From the human T2T-CHM13v2.0 reference genome, Homo sapiens, in the NCBI RefSeq assembly GCF_009914755.1, contig NC_060925.1: a stretch of 64,000 bases of DNA; one strand, given 5' to 3'. Positions 14,656-26,403 of the stretch are shown piece by piece (the stretch's first letter is position 1; every line of letters starts with the position of its first letter). A program made the translations under genes and the position numbers. The notes under the pieces were generated by a model that saw only the letters and a program-made list of their open reading frames with translations, did no database searches and had not been told where the DNA came from.

Positions 14656-14746
14656 GTCTACAGTTCATACCACCCTGAACACACCTGACCTTGTCTGATC
14701 TAGGAAGCTAAGCAGGGTTGGGCCTGGTTAATCCTTGAACGAGAGA
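14656..14746 (+). pseudogene. 3'-truncated (tailless) 5S rRNA retropseudogene
   Basis: Matches 5S nt 1-90 (GTCTAC..CATACCACCCTGAAC...GGAAGCTAAGCAGGG..GGGCCTGGTTA); TSD AGATACGTGTTGCA (14642-14655)/AGATATGTGTTACA (14744-14757). Confidence 0.93.
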
Positions 14747-15529
14747 TATGTGTTACAAATATATTCTATCATTTCACAACTGACCTTTTTCTTAAATATG
14801 TCTTTTAATGAAGTATGTACTTAAAATTAATGTGGTTGAATATATCAGTCTTTTCCTTTATAATTAATGCTTTTTGTGTGTTATGCAGTAAATTCTTTCC
14901 TATCCTGAGGTCTTGAGGATAGTCTTCTATGTTATCTTCTAAAACGTTTGTAGTTATTTTTCACAGGACTTGGTGAAACCTGAAATTTTATTTTTGTGTA
15001 TAGTGCGAAGGAAATGTAAATTTCCAAATTATCTATGTGAATACTCATCTGCTGTAAAATAATTTATTGAATAAAGAATATTTTTACAGTATTCTGCAAT
15101 GCCTCCTCCAGCATACAGCACTAATCCATGTGTTCACATGTCAAATTCTAGATCTCTATTTTTTCTTTTGGTCTGTTTTGTTTATTCCTATTTTAATAAC
15201 ACTGCCTTAAATACATAGCTTCATTTAAAATTTTGATATCTGAAATAGCAGATACTAATACATCTTGTTTTTCTTTTTCAAAACATCTTGGTTATTCCTA
15301 ACTCTTTGTACTTTTACATATATTTTTGGCAAGTTCACAACATACTCTTGACATTTTTATTTGGATAATATTAGCTCTACAAATCAATTGGAAGAGGATC
15401 ATCATCTTTACAACACTGTCTTCCAATTCATCAACATCCTATTTCTTTTGATTTATTTAGGTATCTAGTAAGGTTTTACAATTTTTTCCATGAAGATATT
15501 TGCATTAGTTCATTCTTGCAGTGCTATAA

Positions 15530-15686
15530 AGCAATTTTTAATATACAATATATTATTGTTAACTATATTCACCCTACTGTTCAATGGGACTCTAGAACTT
15601 ATGCCGCCTAACTGCTCTTTTTTTTTTTTTGAGACGGAGTCTCGCTCTGCCGCCCCAGCGGGAGTGCAGCGGCGTAATCTCGGCTC
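15530..15686 (-). repeat. Inverted copy of 13318-13479 (AluY 3' end plus L1MA flank)
   Basis: Near-identical reverse complement, including private Alu variants and the Alu-L1 junction. Confidence 0.95.
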
Positions 15687-15852
15687 TGAGACTGAGTAAT
15701 TTATAAAGAAATTTAATTGGCTCGTGGTTCTACAGGCTGTACAGAAAGCATAGCGGCTTCTCCCTCAGAGAGGCCTCAGGAAACTTCCAATCATGGCAGA
15801 AAGGGGGAGCAGGCATGTTACATGGCCAGACCAGGAGCAAGAGAGAGAGTGA

Positions 15853-16224
<372 letters not shown>

Positions 16225-16649
16225 TAAACTCTTCATGAAGAATCCACCCTCATGTTCCAATCACCACCCATCTTGCCCCATCTTCAACACTGGGAATTAC
16301 AATTCGGTGTGATACTTAGGTGGGGACACAAATCCAAACCATACCAATATTGAATTTTTTTTTCATTTATTACTGAGTATTTTTAATTTGCCACTATTAA
16401 ACAAAAGTGAAATAATTTTTGAATTTGGAAAACTTCCTAAATTTTTTTAGTTCTAATAATTTGGCTATAAAGACCTTTGGATTTTCTATTATGATGACAT
16501 AATTTGTGAATAATGACAGTTTTGAGTCTTTCTAGTCCTTAGACCCAACATTCTACTTGTACCAATATGATAGCAGATATTGTTGTCTTGTTCTTGATTT
16601 TTAAAAGCTTGTTTCACCATTAAATATGTTATGGTTATAGTTCTACTTT

Positions 16650-18600
16650 TGTTTTTTATACATATCTTGAAATTTTCCACCTGTGGTTTATTCAGGTTCA
16701 ACTATTCCATCTTAAAAACTGTGCCACTGTGCTTTGATGAAGACTCATGTGGCTGGCAACAGCTCTTGCCTTTTGTCTCTGGGGTCCTGGCCTGGCTAGG
16801 ATTCCTGGGTGTTCTGTTGGCTCATTTGGGACCATCAAGTCACTTTGGACCACTCACTGTCTGCTCTGCCTCCACCAATCAGAAACTCTTCCCAGGAACA
16901 GTGAGAGCCAAAGCCAAAAGAAGACTTGTTCCATATTTGGTGATTGAGTGACAATGGGTGAAATATTCTCTCAAACAGAACTAGAGAGAATTCAGTACTT
17001 GTACTCCACAGTGAGTAATGTCAGGGCTGACCCATCCTAAAGCCTATCTTGCCATGCTCTTACAGTGTTGGAGGCTTCTACATTTGGTACTGGCAGTCAG
17101 TAAATTTTAATGATGACTGTATATGGGCTGTGAGTTTATAAAGCAATGGAACATAAGAAAAGCAATTGTACTTAACTATGCCATATGTATGTATCCACTG
17201 ACCAAAAATAAAACCAACCAACCAAAAAACAAAACAAAACAAAACAATCACAGTTAATCCTTAGATTTACTCAAAAGGATATGGACAAGCATCACAGCTT
17301 GCCTGATGTTTATCTCCTATAAAAGTAGACCCCTACAGCAGTCCCTGCAGTAGTCCCACAGCCACATAGGAGTTATTTTTTTCTGACTCTCCAAGTAACA
17401 GATCAGTTTCGAAGTAATAAGATTCACATTGAACAAAATGTGAAAGCTGCAATGGCTTAAAAGCCTCATGCTCCTCAGAAGCTTAATATAACTCCATAGG
17501 CATACCTTCCAGGGTTCCCACAAGGGACTTGCTGAGTTACAAGAATTCCACACAAACGATATCTGAAAGATATGACTTCTTGTGAGGTATTTCTAGCTCT
17601 CTAAGTCCAGATGGAATTTACCAATCAGAGTTCATTTTAACCGTAGTAAATATTGCTTACTTATATGATTGACACATGTAATCTTTATTTCCAGAGCTGG
17701 TAAGCTAACTGAAGGTAAAAGTCTCATTCAGAAAATAATTTATCCCCAGTCTACCTTCCCATGACCTTTCATTAACATCTTCAATATAGTAAAAACCAAA
17801 TTAATACATTTTATAATCACCAGAATTTTAATCATTTAATGAGACTTATTTGATATCCTTTCTTGTCCCTTAGCCAATTGGACTTTTCTTTGGCCAGTTA
17901 GTTTTCAGAGTGATCAGGGATCTTTGTGTCCTCAAGATCAAATGTAAGTTTACTTCAAAAAATACAACAGAACATTTAATAGAGCAAACATGGTACAGTG
18001 TCATTTAAGTGTTCCTTTTATATACCATCAGTAAATTAGGAATTTTATTCATTTTGAAAGTACCTTCTTAGTCACTCAAAAATAAGGGTTTGTACATATC
18101 CTTTGGCTTAGATTTAAAAAAAAAAAAAACTTAGTCAATTGAAGTCTAAGATATGTTTGCATTCCTCTCAGACCAATGCCAGCAGAGGACTTTGGTCAGA
18201 CTCCAGTAGAAGGTCATGCTATGCCAACATGCACAGGCTGACTTCGTTGGAATGTTGTTTCCAGCCTGGCTATGGTTACCCACTCCCACACATACTGGAA
18301 ATTTTGTGAAGCTTTTTGCTTGTGACTGTGTCTTTAAGCTGCTATAAGTATGTCTTGCCAACACACAGCAAGGGCTACCCTTGCCAGGGATTTACTCAGA
18401 AAGATATATAGCAGGAGCCACAGCTGCCAGCGAGACAACCAAATGTATACCTCTTCTGTGTGAGTAGAGCTTACAGTAGTCCTTGCAGTAGCTCACACTG
18501 CCAGATAGGAGCTAGTTTCTCTGGTTCCTCTGGTGTCCGTGCAGGTGTGAAAAAAAAGAAAACCAGTCTCATATCAGGTGTATCTAGGAACCATCCTAGT
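16650..18600. other. Non-TE-like island with multiple imperfect stem-loops and an internal diverged duplication
   Basis: No repeat family recognised; 17264-17385 aligns to 18389-18523; several nested complementary segments. Confidence 0.5.
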
Positions 18601-19099
18601 TTAAAAACTTCATGCCCTTCAGAGCAAATATCACTTTAGAGATGTCATTTTTTATTGTAGATATTAAAAATTTATGTTTTCTCTCTCCTTGTTTCCTAAA
18701 TAAGGCTTGCTAGGTGATTAATTTAAACTTTTCAAAGAACAAGCTTTTATTTTTTCCACTGTGTTTCTTTTTTCTGTTCACTAATTTCTGCTCTTGTCTT
18801 TATAAACTCCTTTAGTCTATTTTTCTTGGGGTCTAATTGACTTTCTAGTTTTCTTAAGGTTTAATTCACTTTCCTACTTTTCTTATTACCTATGTACTTA
18901 AAGCTTTACATTTCCCTCTTTAGATGTGTTCCAGAAATTTAAATTTTTTTATTATATTAAATTTAAAATATTTTCTATTTTCTACTGTGAGGTCTTCTTG
19001 GACCCATGGTCATTAGAGCATGTTGTTTAATTTCCAAATGTTTAAGTATTTTTAGGAGATTTATTGGGGGTGGGGAAAGGACAAAGACCAAATGTATTT

Positions 19100-19275
19100 T
19101 TTATTGTACCACAAATCGCTATGGTATTGTAGTGAACATATTCATTTATTTGCTTCCCCTTCTGGACTGTGAACTTCTTGAGGACAGTTTCTTATATGTT
19201 TTTCTTTTTGCCTCCTGATTCACAAAACAGATACTCAAAATTTTTAAATAAATGAGTAACTGCCTGAATGAAGCA
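19100..19275 (+). mobile_element. L2 3' end
   Basis: GACTGTGAACTTCTTGAGGACAG...ACTCAAAATTTT...TGAATGAA, typical L2 tail. Confidence 0.7.
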
Positions 19276-20137
19276 AGCAAGTTGCAGTTTATTAGCCCAT
19301 AACATTGCTCAGTAATAAAAATTTGATAGAACTAGACATTTCAGTAAAAAGAAAACTATCATAAATTTGGGGGTACAGATGCAGGTTTGCTATACAGGTA
19401 AATTGTGTGTCACAAGAGTTTGGTATACAAATTATTTTGTCACCTAGATGATAAGCATGGTACCTGCTGGGTAGTTTTTAGAATCACATCCTCCTTCCAC
19501 CCTCCACCCTCAGGTAGGCCACAGTGTCTGTTGCTCCCTTTTTTGTGTCCATGTGTACTTAATGTTAAGCTCCCACTTATAAGTGACAACATGCAGTATT
19601 TGATTTTCTGTTTCTGTGTTAGTTCACTTAGGATAATGACCTCCAGTACCATTTATGTTGCTGCAAAGGATATAATCTTGTTTTTTATGGCTGTATAGTA
19701 TTCTGTGGTGTATTATGGCTATCTAGTATTCCATGATGTATATATTCCATGGTGTATATTCCATGCTATATAATATTCCATGGTGTATATAGTATTCCAT
19801 GTCGGTCTATTCAGCCTACTTTTGATGAGCATTTTGGTTGATTCCATGTCTTTTCTAGTGTAAATAGTACCACAATAAACATACACGTGCATTTGTCTTC
19901 ATGGTAAAACAATTTATATTCCTTTGGTTATATACTCAATAATGGGACTGCAGGGTTGAAAGGTTACTCTGTTTTAAGTTTCTTGAGAAAGTGCCAAACT
20001 GCTTTCCAAACTGAATTAACTAATTTACATTGCCACTAGCATTGATTAAGTCTCTTTTCTCTGCAACCTCACAAGTATCTGTTATGTTTTGACTGTTCAT
20101 TTGAATTTCTCTAATGATTAATGATGTTGAGGATTTT

Positions 20138-21228
20138 TTTTTATTATTATACTTTAAGTTCTGGGGTACATGTACAGAGTGTGCAGGTTTATTACATAGG
20201 TATACATGTGCCATGGTGGTTTGCTGCACCCGTCAACCTGTCATCTACATTAGGTGTTTCTCTTAATGTTGTCCCTCCACTAGCCCCTCACCCCCTGACA
20301 GGCCCCAGTGTGTGGTGTTCACTTCCCTGTGTCCATGTGTTCTCATTGTTCAACTCCCACTTATGAGTGAGAACATGTGGTGTTTGGTTTTCTGTTCTTG
20401 TGTTAGTTTGCTGAGAATGATGGTTTCCAACTTCATCCATGTCCCTGCAAAGGACATGAACTTATCCTTTTTTATGGCTGCATAGTATTTCATGGTGTAT
20501 ATGTGCCACATTTTCTTTATCCAGTCTATCAGTGATGGGCATTTGGGTTGGTTCCAAGTCTTTGCTATTGTGAACAGTGCCACAATAAACATACGTGTGC
20601 ATGTGTTTTTATAGTAGAATGATTTATAATCCTTCGGGGATATACCCCATAATAAGATTGCTGGGTCAAATGGTATTTCTGGTTCTAGATCCTTAAGGAG
20701 TGGCCACACCGTCTTCCACAATGGTTGAACTAATTTATACTCCCACCAACTATGTAAAAGCATTCCTATTTCTCCACATCCTCTCCAGCATCTGTTGTTT
20801 CCTGATTTTTTAATGATCGCTGTTCTAACTGGCGTGAGATGGTATCTCATTGTGGTTTTGATTTGCGTTTCTCTAATGACTAGTGATGATGAGCTTTTTT
20901 CATATGTTTGTTGGCTGCTTAAATGTCTTCTTTTGAGAAGTGTCTGCTCATATCCTTCACCCACTTTTTGATGGGGTTGTTTTTTTCTTGTAAATTTGTT
21001 TAAGTTCTTTGTAGATTCTGGATATTAGCCCTTTGTCAGATGGATAGGTTGCAACAATTTTCTCCCATTCTGTAGGTTGCCTATTCACACTGAACATATT
21101 TTCATGTGCTCTGCCGAAGCTCTTTAGTTTAATTAGATCCCATTTGTCAATTTTTGCTTTTGTTGCCATTGCTTTTGGTGTTTTAGTCATTAAGTCTTTG
21201 CCCATGCCTATGTCCTAAATTGTATTGC
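20138..21228 (-). mobile_element. 5'-truncated L1PA (about PA5-8)
   Basis: TTATTATTATACTTTAAGTTCTGGG tail; ORF2 C-terminus 20350-20964; TSD TGATG(T/G)TGAGGATTTT at 20122-20137 and 21229-21244. Confidence 0.92.
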
Positions 21229-23450
21229 TGATGGTGAGGATTTTTATATGCTTTTTGACCACATGTATGTCTTCTTTTGAGAAGTGTCTGTTCATACTAT
21301 TTGCCCACTTTTTTATAGGGTTGTTTGTTTTCCAGTTGTTAATTTTTTTAAGCTCCTTATACATTGTGGATATTAGACCTTTGTCAGATGCACAGTTTGC
21401 AAATATTTTCTCCCGTTCTGTGAATTCTCTGTTTACTCTGTTGGCAGTTTATTTTGCTGTGCAAAAGCTCTTTACTTTAATAAGGTCCCATTAATTAATT
21501 TTTGTTTTTATTGCATTTGCTTTCAGCATCCTCATCATGAAATATTTGCTAGGACCTGTATCCAGAATGGCATTTCCTAGCTTTTCTTCTAGAGTTTTTA
21601 TATTTTTAGGTTTTACATTTAGGTATTTAATCCACCTTTAAGTTGATTTTTGTATATGGTGTAAGGAAGGGGTCCAGTTTCAATCTTTTACATATGACTA
21701 GCCAGTTAACTCAGCATTAGTTATTGAATAGGGAGACCTTTCCTCCTTGTTTGTTTTTGTTGATTTTGTTGAAGATCAGATGGTTATAGGTGTGTAGCAT
21801 GATCTCTGGGCTCTCTATTCTGTTGCATTGGTCTAGGTGTCTGTTTTTGTACTAGTACCATGCTATATTCATTACTGTAGCCTTGTAATATAGTTTAAAG
21901 TTGAGTAATGTGATGCCACCAGCTTTTTTCTTTTTGCTTACGATTACTTTGGCTGTTAGGGCTTTTGTTGTTGTTGTTGTTGTTGTTCCAAATGAATTTT
22001 AGAATAGTTCATTCTAATTCTGTGAAAAATGTTGGTAGTTTGATAGGAATAGCATGTAACCTATAAATTGCTTTGGACAGTGTTGCCATTTTAACAAAAT
22101 GTATTCTTTCCATTCATGAGCATGGGATATTTCTCCATTTGTGAGTGTCATTTCTAATTTCTTCCAGCAGTGTTTTGTAATTCTCATTATACAGATCTTT
22201 CGCTTTCTTGGTTAGCTATATTTGTAGTATTTTATTCATTTTGGGGCTATTGTGGATGGGATTGCATTCTTGATTTGGCTCTCAGCTTGGTTATTATTGG
22301 TGTATGGGAATGCTACTGATTTTTGCACATTTACTTTGTATCCTGAGACTTTGCTGAAGTTGTTTTATCAGATCTAGGAGCTTTGGGGCAGAGATTATAG
22401 GGTTTCCTAAGTATAAAATTATATTGTCTGCTAACAGAGATAGTTTTGCTTCTTCTCTGGTTGTTTGGATGCCTTTTCTTTCTTTCTCTTGCTTCATTAC
22501 TCTGGATAGGACTTCCAGTACTATGTTGAATAGGAGTGGTGAGAGTAAGTATCCTTTTCTAATTCCAGTTTTCAAGAGGAATGTTTCCAGCTTTTTCCCA
22601 TTCAGTACGATATTGGCTGTGGGACTGTCATAGATGGCCCTTATTATTTTGAGGTATGTTTCTTCAATGCCTAATTTGTTGAGGGTTTTTATCATGATGG
22701 GTAGTTGAAATTTATCAAAAGTATTTCTGCATCTATGGAGTTGATTATGTGGTTTTTTAGTTTAGTTCTGTTTATGTGATGAATCACATATATGGATTTG
22801 CATATGTTGAATCAAACTTGCATCCCAGGGACAAAGCCTACTTGATCTTGGTGGGTTAGCTTTATGATGTGCTGCTGGATTTGGTTTGTTAGCATTTTGC
22901 TAAGGATTTTTGCATTTATATTCATCAAGAGTATTGAACTGAAGTTTTATTTTTTAGTTGTGTCTCTGCCAGATTTTGGTATCAGGCTGACACTGGCCTC
23001 ATAAAATGAGTTAAGGAGAAGTCCCTTTTTCTCAATATTTTGAAATATTTTCAGTAGGATTGGTACCAGCTCTTCATAAATCTGGTAGAATTTGGCTGTG
23101 AATCTCTCTGGTACAGGGCTTTTCCTGGATGGTAGAATTTTGTTACTGATTCAATTTTGGAACTCATTCATCTGTTCAGGGTTTCACTTTTTTTCCTGGT
23201 TCAGTCTTGGGAAGTTGTATGTTTCCAGAATTTATGAATTTCTTGTAGGTTTTTTATTTTGTATGCACAGAGGTGTTTGTAATTGTGTCTGAGGCTTTTT
23301 TTTTTCTCCTGTGGGGTGAGTGGTAATGTTACCTTTCTTATTTCTGATTGTGTTTATGTCGATCTTCTCTCCTTTTCTCTTTATTAGTCTAGCTAATGGT
23401 CTACCAATCTTATTTTACAGAACAAATTTCTGGTTTCATTTATCTTTTGT

Positions 23451-23637
23451 ATGATGATAGGATCAAATCCACACATATTATTATTAACCTTGAACATAAA
23501 TGGGCTAAATACCATACTTAAAAGACACATAGTGGCAAGTTGGATAAAGAAGCAAGACCCAACTCTATGTCTTCAAGAGACCCATCTCACATTCAAGGAC
23601 ACACATAGCCTCAAAGTAAAGGTATGGAGAAAAATCT
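23451..23637 (+). repeat. Inverted copy of 24509-24697 (L1 ORF2 start)
   Basis: Sense L1 endonuclease N-terminus embedded in antisense L1; reverse complement of the host's own sequence 0.9 kb downstream. Confidence 0.85.
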
Positions 23638-25622
23638 GTTTCAATACTCAATTTCTTTCAGTTCCACTCTGATATGGTTATCTATTGTCTTCTGCTGGCT
23701 TCAGGGCTGGTTTGCTCTTGCTTTTCTAGTTCTTGTAGGTGTCATGGTCAGTTATTAATTTGAGATCTTTCTAATTTTTTCATGTGGGCATTTAATGCTA
23801 TAAACTTCTCTCTTAACACTGCTTTATCTCTTTTTCAGGGATTCTGGTATGTTGTGTCTTTGCTTTTATTAATTCCAAAGAATGTCTTGATTTTTGTCTT
23901 AATTTCATTATTTACCCAAAAATCATTCTGGAGCAAGGTTTTAAATTTCTATGTAATTGTATGGTTTTGAGCAAACTTTTTAGCCTTGGTGTTCATTTTT
24001 ATTGCACTGTGTTCTGTTAGTGTGGTTGGTATGATTTTGGTTTTTCTGAATTTGCTGAGAATTATTATATGGCCAATTGTGTAGTTAATTTTAGAGTATG
24101 TGCCATGCACAGATGAGATGTATATTCTGTTGCTTTTGGATGGAGAGTTCTGTAGATGTCTGTTAGATCCATTTAGTCAAGTGTCAAATTCAGGGCCTGA
24201 ATATCTGTCTTAGTTTTCTGCCTTGATGATTTGTCCAATCCTGTCAGTGGGGTGTTGAAGTCTCCCACTATTATTTTGTGGTTATCTAGTCTCATTGAAG
24301 GTCTCTAAGAACTTTCTTTATGAATCTGGGTGATCCTGTGTTAGGTGCATATATATTTAGGATAGTTAAGTTCTTCTTCTTGAACTGAACCCTTTACTAT
24401 TATATAATACCCTTCTTTATCTTTTTTGATCATTGTTGTTGTAAAGTCTGTTTTCTCTGAAATTAGAATAGCAACTGTACTTTCTTTTTTGTTTTTCATT
24501 TCCTTGGTAGATTTTTCTCCATACCTGTACTTTGAGGCTATGTGTGTCCTTGCATGTGAGATTGGTCTCTTGAAGACAACATAGATTTGGGTCTTGCTTC
24601 TTTATCCATTTTCCACTATGTGGCTTTTAAGTGGGGTATTTAGTCCATTTATGTTCAAGGGTAATAATGATATGTGTGGATTCGATCCTGTCATCATGGT
24701 GGTATTCAGACTTGTTTGTGTAGTTGCTTTTTATTGTCAGTGGTCTATGTACTTAAGTGTGTTTTTGTGGTGGTCACTAATGGTCTTTTGTTTTCACATT
24801 GAGCACTCTCTTAAGAACCTCTTGAAAGCAGGTCTGGTGTTAATGAATTTCCTTAGCATTTGCTTGTCTGAAAAGGATCTTATTTCTCCTTTGCTTATAA
24901 AGTTTTGTTTGGCTGCATATGAAATTCTTTGTTGGAATTAAAAAAAAATACTGAATATAGGCCTCCAGTCTCATCTGGCTTGAAGGGTTTCTGCTGAAAG
25001 GTTCACTATTAGCCTAATATGGGTCCCTTTGTAGGTGACCTTACCCTTCTCTCTAGCTGCCTTTAACGTTTTTTCTTTCATTTTGACCTTGGAGAATCTG
25101 AAGAGTCTGTGTCTTGAGGTAGTCTTCCTGTGTAGTAAAGTTCTCTGCATTTCCTGAATTTAAATGTTGGCCTCCCTAATGAGGTTGGAAAAATTTTCAT
25201 GAACTATATATCCTCAAATATGTTTTCCAAGTTGCTTCCTTTCTCTCACTGTCTTGCAAGAATGCCAATGAGTCATAGATTTGGTCTCCTTACATAATCT
25301 CATATTTCTCAGAGGTTTTGTTCATTCTCTTTTTCTTTATTTTTGTCTGACTAAAATGATTCAAAGAATCAGTTTTCAATATTTTAGATTCTTTTCTCAG
25401 CTTGTTTTATTCTGTTATTAATACTTTTGATTGTATTATGAAATTCTTGTAGTGACTGTTTCAGCTCTATAGCTCAGCTTGGTTCTTTCTTAAAGAAGAA
25501 AGCAAGTCTGAATACATTCAAAGTCTTTAAGCAAGTCTGAATACATTCAAAGCAAGTCTTTAAGCAAGTCTGAATACATTCAAAGGGCCAAAATTTTGAA
25601 AGATACTCACTTTGACAACAGT

Positions 25623-25687
25623 AAAATTAAGCTATTTGCCATTACTTTCAATGCCAAAAACAGCAATTTATTTTGCACCAGTCTAAT
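25623..25687. mobile_element. MADE1 (mariner MITE), partial
   Basis: TTTGCCATTACTTTCAATGCCAAAAACAGCAATT..TTTTGCACCAGTCTAATA. Confidence 0.8.
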
Positions 25688-25965
25688 AGAAATCAGTGAC
25701 AAAAAAATTAACTTAAAAAATACTCTAGGTGCACACACTCTTCCACACTGCTGCTGCTGCTAATGCTCCATCTTTCCATCTTTCTCATTTCACCTCTTGT
25801 ATCATTTTATTGAATTCTTAGGTTGTGTTTCAACTTTCTCCTGAATCTTGATAATATTTGTTTCTATCCAGATTCTGAATTCTATGTTTGTCATTTCAGC
25901 CTGGTTAAGAATCATTGCTGGGGAACTAATCTGATCATTTGTAGGTAAGAAGACATGCTGACATG

Positions 25966-26301
25966 TTTTTATTATTATTCAATTTTATTTGAAGTTTGGG
26001 AATACATGTGCAGGATGTGCAGGTTTGTTACATAGGTAAACATGTGCCATGGTGGTTTGCTGCACCTATCAACCCATCACCTAGGTATTAAGCCCCACAT
26101 GTATTAGCTATTTATCCTGATGCTTTCCCTCCCACTACACTCCCAACAGGCCTTGGTGTGTGTTGTTCCCCTCCCTGTGTCCATGTGTTCTCATCATTCA
26201 TCTCCCACATATAAGTGAGAACATGTGGTGTTTGGTTTTTTGTTCCTGTGTTAGTTTGCTGAGGATAATGGCTTCTAGCTACATCCATGTCCCTGCAAAG
26301 G
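25966..26301 (-). mobile_element. L1PA 3' end fragment
   Basis: Poly-T tail and L1PA 3' UTR, ending abruptly at CCCTGCAAAGG. Confidence 0.88.
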
Positions 26302-26403
26302 TTGCACTGAGCCAAGATCACACCAATGAACTCCAGCCTGGGCAACACAGTAAGATTCTGTCTCAAAAAAAAACAAAAAACAAAAAACAAACAAACAAAA
26401 AAA
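26300..26403 (+). mobile_element. Alu 3' fragment with tail
   Basis: GGTTGCACTGAGCCAAGATC...CTCCAGCCTGGGCAAC...CTCAAAAA. Confidence 0.88.

Larger units (their letters stand above)
19360..25960 (-). mobile_element. Old L1P (PA16/PB-like), 3' UTR through ORF1, with nested insertions
   Basis: Continuous degenerate antisense L1 (ORF2 piece 22294-22695; endonuclease region about 23.7-24.7 kb; ORF1 about 24.8-25.9 kb). Confidence 0.88.

Noticed and set aside
16631-16951. 106-aa and 66-aa ORFs as a gene or processed pseudogene
   Set aside because: No protein family recognised in any frame; no convincing TSD around the (CAAAA)n run at 17.2 kb
17521-17530. CAAGGGACTT match to a recalled miR-2114 3p end
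   Set aside because: Only 10 nt; the rest of the hairpin does not match
25500-25585. CRISPR-like repeat array
   Set aside because: Eukaryotic DNA; the spacers are tiny and derived from the repeat itself
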